The notes beneath the pieces are model-generated. The model was given only the letters and a program-made list of their open reading frames with translations. It made no database searches and was not told the DNA's origin. Shown one piece after another: positions 1-8,125 of a stretch of DNA of 64,000 nucleotides. The DNA is from an uncultured Methylomirabilota bacterium (GTDB taxonomy: Bacteria > Methylomirabilota > Methylomirabilia > Methylomirabilales > 2-02-FULL-66-22): positions 608,001-672,000 of the forward strand of contig CAWJSJ010000002.1 in assembly GCA_963845565.1 (NCBI GenBank), written 5' to 3'. Every line of letters begins with the position of its first letter. Position 1 is the stretch's first letter. The position numbers were made by a program, and so were the translations under genes.

Positions 1-75
1 CGCAAGGCGCGCGAACTCCTGGCTCAGGATGTATCACGGCTCACCGGCGGCCTCAGCCTGCCGGGGCTGCTCTAG
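1..75 (+). CDS. ybaB: 3' end of YbaB/EbfC nucleoid-associated protein (partial)
   Basis: Frame 1 reads RKARELLAQDVSRLTGGLSLPGLL*, a typical YbaB C-terminus, immediately upstream of recR. Confidence 0.8.
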   Translation, partial: RKARELLAQDVSRLTGGLSLPGLL

Positions 76-90
76 CGAAACGGGGATTCC

Positions 91-693
91 ATGTCGGCGA
101 TGCCGGCCGCGCTGGCGGCCCTGATCGAACACCTAGTCCGACTGCCCGGCGTCGGGCCCAAGACCGCACAGCGCCTCGCCTTTCACATCCTCAAGGCGCC
201 GCGGGAGGACGCGGCTGCCCTGGCGGAGGCCCTGGTGGGGCTCAAAGACCGGACGCGCCTGTGCCAGTGCTGCTTCAACCTGTGCGAGGCGGACCTGTGC
301 GGCGTCTGCCTGGACGCGCGGCGCGACGGCAGCCTGCTGTGCGTGGTGGAAGAGATCAACGACCTCATGGCGATCGAGAAGACCCGGGAGTTTCGGGGGC
401 GGTACCACGTGCTGGGCGGCTCGCTGTCTCCTCTGGACGGCCGCGGGCCGGAGCAGATCCGGGTCAAGGAGCTGCAGGCGCGGCTGGAGTCGAACGAGGT
501 GCGCGAGGTCATCCTGGCGACCAACCCCAACGTGGAAGGCGAAGCCACCGCCCTGTATCTCCTGCGGGTCCTCAAGCCGTTCGCGGTGAGAGTGACGCGC
601 ATCGCGCGGGGCCTGCCCATGGGGGGGGATCTGGAGTATGCGGACGAGGCCACCTTGGCCCGCGCCCTGGAAGGCCGCCGGGAAATCGGATAG
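91..693 (+). CDS. recR: Recombination mediator RecR
   Basis: LPGVGPKTAQRLA HhH motif, C4 zinc finger, Toprim ATNPNVEGEATA, C-terminal GLPMGGDLEYAD. Confidence 0.97.
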   Translation: MSAMPAALAALIEHLVRLPGVGPKTAQRLAFHILKAPREDAAALAEALVGLKDRTRLCQCCFNLCEADLCGVCLDARRDGSLLCVVEEINDLMAIEKTREFRGRYHVLGGSLSPLDGRGPEQIRVKELQARLESNEVREVILATNPNVEGEATALYLLRVLKPFAVRVTRIARGLPMGGDLEYADEATLARALEGRREIG

Positions 694-705
694 GGGGTCG
701 GCGCC

Positions 706-1212
706 GTGGAGACACCCGCAGGGGACCTGATCCTGTTCGCAGAGGAAGAGCAGCGCCTGGCGGCCTCGCTCGATCGGCTCTGCCAAGAGGCCAAGGCGCG
801 CGCCGCGTTCCTCATCGACCGGAACGGCCGGCTGATTGCCGCATCGGGCCGGGCGGCCGATCTCGACACCACGTCACTCGCCTCGCTGGCGGCCGGAGGC
901 ATGGCCGCCACGGGAGGCATCGCGCAACTCGTCGGGGAGCGCGGATTCAGCGGGCTGGTCCTCGAGGGCGAACGCTCGCATCTGTATATCGCCATCGTGA
1001 GGGACGACCTCATCCTGGTCGTGCACTTCGACCGGACCTCCTCCGTCGGGCTGGTGCGTTTCCGGGTGAAGTGGGCGAGCGACGAGATCGGCCGAGCGTT
1101 TGCGGCCATGGCCGAACAGTCTCCCACGCGCGCCGACCCAGGCCCAACGGACCTGCAGGCCCAGCTGGCGCAGATTACCGACGAGGACATCGAGAACCTG
1201 CTCTCGATCTGA
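706..1212 (+). CDS. mglB: Roadblock/LC7 protein MglB (GAP of MglA)
   Basis: DTTSLASLAAG...ATGGIAQLVGE..F, FDRTSSVGLVR, acidic ITDEDIENL tail; directly upstream of mglA. Confidence 0.9.
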   Translation: METPAGDLILFAEEEQRLAASLDRLCQEAKARAAFLIDRNGRLIAASGRAADLDTTSLASLAAGGMAATGGIAQLVGERGFSGLVLEGERSHLYIAIVRDDLILVVHFDRTSSVGLVRFRVKWASDEIGRAFAAMAEQSPTRADPGPTDLQAQLAQITDEDIENLLSI

Positions 1213-1220
1213 GGCGACCC

Positions 1221-1814
1221 GTGTCCTTCATCAATTACGCGGCTCGGGAGATCAACTGCAAGCTGGTGTACTACGGACCCGGCCTGTGTGGGAAGACCAC
1301 CAATCTCCAGCAGATCTACGCCCGCATCGAGCCCACCGCCAAGGGAAAGCTGATTTCCCTGTCCACCGAGACGGAGCGGACACTCTTCTTCGACTTCCTG
1401 CCCTTGGATCTCGGAAACATCCGGGGGTTCAAGACGCGCTTTCATCTGTACACCGTGCCGGGGCAGGTGTTCTACGATGCCAGCCGCAAGCTCATCCTCA
1501 AGGGGGCCGACGGCGTGGTGTTCGTGGCAGACTCCCAGATCGAGCGGATGGAATCCAACCTCGAGAGCTGGGAGAATCTGGAAGGGAATCTGAGCGAACA
1601 GGGCCAGACGCTGAGAACCGTGCCCCATGTCATCCAGTACAACAAGCGCGACCTGCCCAACGTCGTCCCGCTGGACGAAATGCAAGCCGCGCTCAACGAA
1701 CACAACGCCCCCTGGCTCGAGGCCTGCGCGGTCAAGGGGGTCGGCGTGTTCGAAACGCTGAAGGCCTCTGCCAAGCTGGTCCTGACCGACCTCAAAAAGA
1801 AGATGGGGGGCTGA
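1221..1814 (+). CDS. mglA: Small Ras-like GTPase MglA
   Basis: GTG start; SFINYAAREINCKLVYYGPGLCGKTTNL, ERTLFFDF, TVPGQ, NKRD motifs. Confidence 0.95.
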   Translation: MSFINYAAREINCKLVYYGPGLCGKTTNLQQIYARIEPTAKGKLISLSTETERTLFFDFLPLDLGNIRGFKTRFHLYTVPGQVFYDASRKLILKGADGVVFVADSQIERMESNLESWENLEGNLSEQGQTLRTVPHVIQYNKRDLPNVVPLDEMQAALNEHNAPWLEACAVKGVGVFETLKASAKLVLTDLKKKMGG

Positions 1815-1846
1815 TTCGGCCGGGGGACCCGGCCCGCGTATCCGAC

Positions 1847-1875
1847 TTGCAGGAGCGGCCGCCTGTTGTTATAAT
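1847..1875 (+). promoter_or_regulatory. Sigma70-type promoter of the tRNA locus
   Basis: TTGCAG (1847-1852), 17 bp spacer, TATAAT (1870-1875), about 20 bp before the first tRNA-like segment. Confidence 0.75.
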
Positions 1876-1894
1876 GCGCCGCCTCAGGGAGTAT

Positions 1895-1961
1895 TCCCCG
1901 GTAGCTCAATGGTGCCCACCCACCCGAACAGCCCCGGCGGGTCGGGCGGGGAGCGAGCGGC
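1895..1961 (+). pseudogene. Duplicated 5' half of tRNA-Asn with a 36-nt hairpin insert in the D-loop
   Basis: 1895-1914 TCCCCGGTAGCTCAATGGTG and 1951-1961 GAGCGAGCGGC together equal 2210-2240; the insert at 1915-1950 is an imperfect inverted repeat. Confidence 0.85.
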
Positions 1962-1968
1962 CGAAGAG

Positions 1969-2253
1969 ATGGGGCGGACCGTATACATTCTCGAGAATCT
2001 GAATGGCTCGCACTACATCGGGATGTCAGAAAACGTCCCGCGGCGCCTGAGGGAACACAAAGCGGGGCAAGTGAAATCCACCAAATCCGGACGTCCGTGG
2101 GTCATTCTTCTTGAGGAGCGGATTGGAGGCCGGAAAGAAGCGCGGGTTCGCGAGCGCTACTGGAAATCCGGCGCAGGGAGGAGAATCCTAGCAAAGATCC
2201 ATTCGAGTTTCCCCGGTAGCTCAATGGTGGAGCGAGCGGCTGTTAACCGCTAG
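1969..2253 (+). CDS. Small stand-alone GIY-YIG nuclease (about 94 aa) whose 3' end overlaps the tRNA
   Basis: VYILE..HYIG.S....RRLREH..G...STK..RPW...EA..RE.YWKSGAGR; stop TAG at 2251-2253 lies inside the tRNA gene. Confidence 0.88.
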   Translation: MGRTVYILENLNGSHYIGMSENVPRRLREHKAGQVKSTKSGRPWVILLEERIGGRKEARVRERYWKSGAGRRILAKIHSSFPGSSMVERAAVNR

Positions 2254-2284
2254 GTTGTAGGTTCGAGTCCTACCCGGGGAGCCA
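2210..2284 (+). tRNA. tRNA-Asn (GTT)
   Basis: Cloverleaf: acceptor TCCCCGG/CCGGGGA, D-stem GCTC/GAGC, anticodon stem AGCGG/CCGCT with loop CTGTTAA, T-arm GTAGG-TTCGAGT-CCTAC, encoded CCA. Confidence 0.97.
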
Positions 2285-2371
2285 TTGATAGACGCGGCTG
2301 CGGCCCACGTGACAACAAGTTGCGTGGGCCGTGGTATTTGGGGGCCGATACGGTCGCGCGTTTGCAACGTG

Positions 2372-2878
2372 TCACGCCGGCGTCCGGCCCTGCGCCGCGT
2401 TCGCCTTCGCCCGGTGGACCTTGCTGCGGGCCGTGCCCGACTGGAAACAGGGCTGGCAATACTCTCGCTTGCGCTCCCGCCAGAACCACGCCCCGCAGTG
2501 CCGACAGCGGCGCAGGCGGTCGCCTCGGGCTTCCAAGAGCTGCAGCAGGCCCTGATCCTGCGCCCTCGCGTCTCGGAACCGTTCGACCGTCAGCCCTCCT
2601 GCCGCGGGCGACACCCTCGCCACCACCGGACAGCGAATCGCGAGGCCCTTGTGGAAGAGCCGCAGCACCCGCCGGTGAAAGGCCTGCGTCTCCCGCTCCC
2701 GGTCCACGGTTGGCAGGGCGGCCCATTCGGTCCCGCTCAGGGGCCGACTGAAGGCCAGCGTTCGCGTGAGCCCCGCCAGGATCTCCCCGCCTGCCCCGAC
2801 TGGCTGTTGCAGCAGCCAGCACACCGCTAGCGCTTGCCCCTTGTGGATCGCCAACTGCTGCCTCGCCCTGGTCTGCAT
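2372..2878 (-). CDS. Hypothetical protein with C-terminal CGNR-like zinc finger
   Basis: RLRRCRHCGAWF...REYCQPC; start uncertain (2878 or 2914); adjacent to the tRNA 3' end. Confidence 0.5.
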   Translation of the reverse strand: MQTRARQQLAIHKGQALAVCWLLQQPVGAGGEILAGLTRTLAFSRPLSGTEWAALPTVDRERETQAFHRRVLRLFHKGLAIRCPVVARVSPAAGGLTVERFRDARAQDQGLLQLLEARGDRLRRCRHCGAWFWRERKREYCQPCFQSGTARSKVHRAKANAAQGRTPA

Positions 2879-3673
2879 CACGATAGGATAGCATTGATCG
2901 TTGTATCGTCGCAAGGGGCGATGCGAAGAGGCGAGGCAACTGTAGAGAAACAGGCTGACTGCAGGTGGTCCTCGAATCTTCCGGTGTGGTCATCCGATGA
3001 ACGAACGCACGGACGGCAGATGGAAATACGGACGGTGCGTTGCGGGCAGTCGCCGGGAGCGCCGGTTCCCGAAGGCCAACCTTGAACGCAAGCAGGTACG
3101 GGGCGGTCGACAAAACCGCCTCTGCGTTTCTCCGTTTCACGAGACGGGTAGCGACCAGAGCGATCACCGAGGTAGATTCAAGACCTCAGAGTTCGTCTCC
3201 GCCGTGAATTGATGCATTGTGGATGGACTGAGGGTGAACAGGGGTGGTCACGATAGATGTGAAGACATGATTATATCGTCACCGCAACGACGCGACAACC
3301 CCTCGTCACTATTGGCCGAACGGAAAGTACCGGACACCTCTTGATGCGTAAGTCGTGGATTTCCTTGTAGCGACAATCAGACTCTTCTCGCGCGAAGCCA
3401 GGAGAATGATCCGGCCCATCGTAACCGAAGGATGGCTGATCAGTGTCGGCGCGTCCGCAGGGACTCCGAGCGTGCTGTCCAAAGAAGTCCGACTGGGGCG
3501 CCGTAATGGAGTGTTGCCTTCGTGAACGTATCTGATACCTCTCTGTGGACGCGTTGGGCCTCCAGATTCGCCGGACGCTACTGGACTCGCCGGGAAACGA
3601 CGGACGGCGCCCCGGGGACCGGCGCGGTTCGGGGCCAACGCGGGCTGAGTGTAAGTGAAGGAGCGCAGCACCG

Positions 3674-3777
3674 TAAGCCGTTGTCAAAGAATGGCTTGAC
3701 CGGAGAAATTCCGGAAACGGCATAAGGAGCCGTAACGAAATCAAAAAATGGCCAAGTTATTTCGTAACGGCTCCTAA
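3674..3777 (+). mobile_element. TAA-bounded MITE-like repeat, copy A
   Basis: TAAGCCGTTGTCAAAGAAT...GAAACGGCATAAGGAGCCGTAACGAAAT...ATTTCGTAACGGCTCCTAA; related copies at 40436, 41406, 55633 and 58735. Confidence 0.75.
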
Positions 3778-3947
3778 CAGTCCCGCAACACGGGGGGGAC
3801 CAGCGACGATATGTGCGGCGCACCGGGCACCGGAGTCCCGGTGGTCTCGCGGACGCTGAAGTCTGCTCCTTGCATGATTGGCCGTCCGCACTGGGCGACC
3901 GCAGGGGAGGCGCCAGCCTTGCCCAATGGTTGGCAGTTTCTCCGCGC

Positions 3948-5231
3948 TCACTTCGCCGGAAGGAGAAGATTGGGCAGCCACATTGCCAGAGACGGAATAT
4001 AGGTAACCAGGAGGAGCGCAATCGTCAGGGCGATCAGGAACGGCCACACTTCCCGCGAGAACTCGCCGATGCTCACCTTTCCGAGGCCACACACAACGTA
4101 CATGATCATCCCGACGGGGGGCGTGATCGTCCCGATCATGCTGTTGACCGTGAACACCACCCCGAAGTGCACCGGATCAATCCCCGCCTGCTGGATGATG
4201 GGCATGATGACCGGGATGGTCATGACCAGGACGGCGATCCCCTCCATGAAGCAGCCGACGATTAGGAAGAGAAGGTTGAGGATGAGATACAGTTGCCACT
4301 GGCTCAGGCTGATGCTCTGGAACAGGGCGAAGAGCGCCTGGGGAGCCTGTTCGAGGGTGAGCACCCACCCGAAGGGCTGTGCGGCGGAGATGATGATTGC
4401 CACGGCGGCGGTGCTGAGCGCCGAGTCAACAACGACCTTTCCGAGGTCCCTCAGGGCGAGCTCGTGGTAGACGAAGTACCCCAGGATGAAGGCGTAGGCC
4501 GCGCCGGCCGCCGCGGCCTCGGTAGGCGTCATGACGCCGCCGATGATCCCGCCGAGAATGATCGCGGGCATGCCCAGGGGCGGAAGGGCCCGCACGGTCG
4601 CGCGCCCGAGCTCTGCGCGGGTCGCGCGGGGCTCACTCGGATAGTGCCGCCGCCTGGCAATGAAATAGACGAAGATCATGAGCATGAGCCCCATCAGCAC
4701 CCCGGGAATGGCCCCCGCCAGGAGCAGCCGGCCGATGGAGGCGTTGGCGATCGAGCCGTAGATAACGAAGGGGATACTCGGGGGAATGATCGGGCCGATG
4801 GTGGACGCCGCGCCTACGATGGCCGCGCCGAACCCCTTGCCGTAACGGGCCTTCTCCATGGCTGGCAGCAGCACGCTCCCGGTGCCGGCGGCGTCCGCCA
4901 CCCCGGAGCCGGACATGCCCGCCATGATCATGTTGGCGACGACGGAGACGTGCGCGAGGCCGCCCGTGATATGGCCGACGAGGGTCCGGGCGAAGGAAAC
5001 CAACCGGTCCGTGATGCCGCCGGTGTTCATCAGGTTGCCCGCCAGAATGAAGAACGGGATCGCCAGCAGGGGAAAGGTATCGATCCCCCCGATCATCCGC
5101 TGGACCATTCCGTGCAAGGGCACGTGGGCGCCGAAGACCATGTACACGGCAGCGGCAGCGGCCATGGACCACGCGATGGGCGTGCCGAGCGCGAAAAGCA
5201 CGAGCATGATGACGAAAAGCCAGGCCATCAT
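3948..5231 (-). CDS. dctM: TRAP transporter large permease
   Basis: FPLLAIPFFILAG, GPIIPPSIP, TPTEAA, ITPPVG motifs; start MMAWLF. Confidence 0.93.
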   Translation of the reverse strand: MMAWLFVIMLVLFALGTPIAWSMAAAAAVYMVFGAHVPLHGMVQRMIGGIDTFPLLAIPFFILAGNLMNTGGITDRLVSFARTLVGHITGGLAHVSVVANMIMAGMSGSGVADAAGTGSVLLPAMEKARYGKGFGAAIVGAASTIGPIIPPSIPFVIYGSIANASIGRLLLAGAIPGVLMGLMLMIFVYFIARRRHYPSEPRATRAELGRATVRALPPLGMPAIILGGIIGGVMTPTEAAAAGAAYAFILGYFVYHELALRDLGKVVVDSALSTAAVAIIISAAQPFGWVLTLEQAPQALFALFQSISLSQWQLYLILNLLFLIVGCFMEGIAVLVMTIPVIMPIIQQAGIDPVHFGVVFTVNSMIGTITPPVGMIMYVVCGLGKVSIGEFSREVWPFLIALTIALLLVTYIPSLAMWLPNLLLPAK

Positions 5232-5710
5232 GCGCGGCCCTCCCTCGCGATGAGGCCGCGGAGGTTGCCCCAGAACCCCCCGAGGGCGTGGAGGAACATC
5301 AGCGCGGCAGAGAAGGGCACCACGGCGTACACGACGTATTGCGGGATCTTGAGGGTCGAAGTGGCCTGGGTGGCCATGGTGCACAGGGCGTAGCCGTGAT
5401 AGGCGATGGCCCCCATCAGGACCAGGACCACCGTTTCCACCACCACGGCGCAGAACGCTCGCGCCCGCGGAGGCAGCAGCGCGGTGATCGCGTCGATGAC
5501 GATGTGCGTCTTGCGCTTGCTGCAGGCGGCGGCGCCCAGGAACACCACCCAGATGAAGGCGTAGCGGGAGAACTCTTCCGCCCACTGGATCGGGCTGTTG
5601 AAGACGTACCGCAGCACGACATTCCCGAAGGTCGCCAGGGACATCAGGACCAGGAAGGTGCCGGCAGCGACCTCCTCGAAGTTCTTGCAGACGAACCGCA
5701 GTGCACCCAT
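5228..5710 (-). CDS. dctQ: TRAP transporter small permease
   Basis: VVLRYVFNSPIQWAEEFSRYAFIWVVFLGA motif, 4 TM. Confidence 0.92.
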   Translation of the reverse strand: MGALRFVCKNFEEVAAGTFLVLMSLATFGNVVLRYVFNSPIQWAEEFSRYAFIWVVFLGAAACSKRKTHIVIDAITALLPPRARAFCAVVVETVVLVLMGAIAYHGYALCTMATQATSTLKIPQYVVYAVVPFSAALMFLHALGGFWGNLRGLIAREGRA

Positions 5711-5731
5711 GGAGTCAACCCCTCCAAACAT

Positions 5732-5769
5732 TCACGGGGTGGCACGAGCATGCTCGTGCCACCCCGTGA
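5732..5769. repeat. Perfect 38-bp palindrome (REP-like or mRNA stabiliser)
   Basis: TCACGGGGTGGCACGAGCA|TGCTCGTGCCACCCCGTGA between dctP and dctQ. Confidence 0.8.
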
Positions 5770-5782
5770 CGCAGGTTGCGGA

Positions 5783-6817
5783 CTAGTACTTGGCGGCGTC
5801 CTGGACGATCCTTTCGTACATTCCCTTCCCGAAGCTGGGTTCGAACTCCTTCCAGGCATCTTTGGTCGCTCGGGCGAAATCGGCTCGGTTGACTTCCGCG
5901 ATGACCATGCCCTTGTCTTTCAGGTCCTGAAGGTTCTTCGTATTGACCTTGATCGTGAGTTCGCTCTGAAAGTCGCCGGCCTCCATGGCGGCCTTGGTCA
6001 GGAGCTGCTGCAGCTCGGGGGACAGCTTCTGGTAGAACGTCTCGTTGATGATGATCACCAGGTTCATGGCCATGTGGCCGGTGAGCGTCAGGTACTTCTG
6101 CACCTCGAAGAACTTCCGGTTGTAGATGATGTTGAACGGGTTCTCCTGCCCGTCCACGACGCCCATCTGCAACGCGGTATACAGTTCCGCGACGGCCATG
6201 GGGACGGTGGACGCCCCGAGGGCCGCCATGGCCGACTTGGCGACGGGCGTGTCCATGGTGCGGACCTTCAGATTCTTGACGTCCTCCGGCTTGGCGATCG
6301 CCTTCTTGCTGGTCGTCAGGTGGCGCTCGCCAAACCACCAGCCCATGTCGAGGCAGCGGATGCTGCTCGTCTTGGCCGCCTTCTCCCCGATCTCCGTCAC
6401 GAAGAGCGGGCTGCGCGTCAACTTGACGAGCTTGCGGGCCAACTCCCCCTCGGACTTCCCTTGGAGGATGTACGGCATGGCCAGGACGCCCGCCGGGCCC
6501 CATCCGTCGTAGACGGCGATGTTCATCGGGCCGGTGAGGGCCATCTCGATCACGCCCGTCTTCACCTGCTCGACGAAGTCCTTCTCACTTCCGAGCTGGC
6601 TGGCCGGGAAGATCTGCACGGTCACGGCGCCGCCGGTTCGCTCTTTCACCAACTGGGCAAACCGCTCCACCCCTTCATGGAAGGGGATGCCCGCCACGCC
6701 CGTGTGGGCGAACCGGATGTTCGTCTTGGGGAAGGTTGCGGCAGCGGCATGCCCGACCAGGAGCCCGACCGCCGCGACAAGGGTAAGGACCGCGAGACCG
6801 ACCGATCGCGTGCGCAT
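5783..6817 (-). CDS. dctP: TRAP substrate-binding protein
   Basis: Signal peptide; QIFPASQLGSE, LKVRTM, ELYTALQMGVVDGQENP, EVQKY. Confidence 0.93.
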   Translation of the reverse strand: MRTRSVGLAVLTLVAAVGLLVGHAAAATFPKTNIRFAHTGVAGIPFHEGVERFAQLVKERTGGAVTVQIFPASQLGSEKDFVEQVKTGVIEMALTGPMNIAVYDGWGPAGVLAMPYILQGKSEGELARKLVKLTRSPLFVTEIGEKAAKTSSIRCLDMGWWFGERHLTTSKKAIAKPEDVKNLKVRTMDTPVAKSAMAALGASTVPMAVAELYTALQMGVVDGQENPFNIIYNRKFFEVQKYLTLTGHMAMNLVIIINETFYQKLSPELQQLLTKAAMEAGDFQSELTIKVNTKNLQDLKDKGMVIAEVNRADFARATKDAWKEFEPSFGKGMYERIVQDAAKY

Positions 6818-6975
6818 GGGAAACCTCCTCCTTCGCTATGGGTGGATTCCGTTGCTTCAGCGTCCCGGTACCCGTCGACGCCACTCTCGCCGATTGCCGG
6901 GCGCTGCGTCAAGAGCCATCTTGCGTCGTGACGGGATTCCGCAGCCCCGTCGCGGGTCGGTGGGTGAGGGCGGGG

Positions 6976-7180
6976 CTAGCCCGCCGGTGGCGGCGTGAGG
7001 CCGACATACTCCCCGGCCCGGACCACGCCCACCGCCACTAGCCCCCGGTCGGTCGTGCGGGTCCGGCCATCCGCATCGCTCAAGCGGAACGTGCCGCGCT
7101 TGATCCGCAGGAGGGTCGCAACCCCAACGCCGCCCAACGCGAGGGTCCCGAGCCCGGGATGCCGGAGGACCCTCGATTGT
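6976..7180 (-). pseudogene. C-terminal remnant of an amidohydrolase/dihydroorotase-like gene
   Basis: Minus-strand frame reads LRHPGLGTLALGGVGVATLLRIKRGTFRLSDADGRTRTTDRGLVAVGVVRAGEYV...*, with no N-terminal part. Confidence 0.5.
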
Positions 7181-7294
7181 TTTCGGTGAATTCGCCTGGG
7201 ACGGAGATGTGCGCTCCCCAGCGGAATCTCCTGATCAGCCCCCGCCGGGCAATACTCTCCGGGGCTCTACGCCGCGAGCGCGCCAGCGTTTTTC

Positions 7295-8125
7295 CTACCC
7301 CTTCACCGCACCGGCGGTGATGCCTTGGACGAGGTAGCGCTCCAGAAAGCCGTAGAGGATGAGGACCGGGAGCGTGGCCAGCACGGCGGCGGCCATCATC
7401 TCGTTCCAGACCACCTGGTACTCCCCCATCATGTTGGCGATCCCCACCGAGAGCGGGAACATCTTGGGGTCGGTGGTGAGCACCAAGGCGAACACGTAGG
7501 CGTTCCAGGCCAGGAGGAAGGTGAAGATGGCCACGGCCACGAGACCCGGGAGGCACAGGGGCAGGATCACGCGCCAGAAGGCCTTGATCCGGCCGCAGCC
7601 GTCCACCATGGCGGCCTCGTCCAGTTCCAGTGGGATGGAGCGGAAGAAGCCGATCAGCATCCAGGTCGAGAACGGCAGCGCGAAGGAGGCGTAGGCCAGG
7701 ATCAGCGCCAGGTAGGTGTTGATCAGCCCGAGATTTGCCATCAGTTGGAAGTAGGGGATGATGAGGAGCGTTCCGGGCAGCATCTGGGTGAAGAGCAGCA
7801 GCAGGACGAGCGGCCGTTCCCAGCGCATGCGGAAGCGGGAGAAGCCGTACGCCGCCAGCGCCGAGAGCAGCATGGCCAGCAGTGTGGAGCCGACCGAGAC
7901 CACGGCGCTGTTCCAGAAGAAGCGGCCCACAGCGCGGGTCGCCAGCACCCGTGCGTATCCCGCCAGGGTCCAGCTCGAGGAGACGAATGTCGGCGGCGAC
8001 AGGAAGACCTCGCTCTGCGGCTTCAGCGAGGTGTTGAGCATCCAGTAGAACGGGAAGACCGTCACCAGGAGGAGGAGCAGCATCCCCGTCCAGGTGGCCG
8101 CCGTGGCCAGGTCGTGTCGCTTCAT
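7295..8125 (-). CDS. Carbohydrate ABC transporter permease (MalG-like)
   Basis: PFYWMLNTSLK, EAA loop ELDEAAMVDG, ending QGITAGAVKG. Confidence 0.92.
   Translation of the reverse strand: MKRHDLATAATWTGMLLLLLVTVFPFYWMLNTSLKPQSEVFLSPPTFVSSSWTLAGYARVLATRAVGRFFWNSAVVSVGSTLLAMLLSALAAYGFSRFRMRWERPLVLLLLFTQMLPGTLLIIPYFQLMANLGLINTYLALILAYASFALPFSTWMLIGFFRSIPLELDEAAMVDGCGRIKAFWRVILPLCLPGLVAVAIFTFLLAWNAYVFALVLTTDPKMFPLSVGIANMMGEYQVVWNEMMAAAVLATLPVLILYGFLERYLVQGITAGAVKG

Noticed and set aside
183..1703. Long antisense and alternate-frame ORFs here and throughout (e.g. 37021-39213, 56222-58669)
   Set aside because: Shadows of real genes caused by stop-codon scarcity in high-GC DNA; no motifs.
1895..2284. 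Group I intron in the tRNA anticodon loop
   Set aside because: The interval is almost entirely ORF, I see no group I core, and a complete uninterrupted tRNA follows.
6942..6964. CAGCCCCG..GCGGGTCGG resemblance to the 1915-1950 hairpin (also weakly at 63983-64000)
   Set aside because: Short GC-rich match lacking the left arm; could easily be chance.
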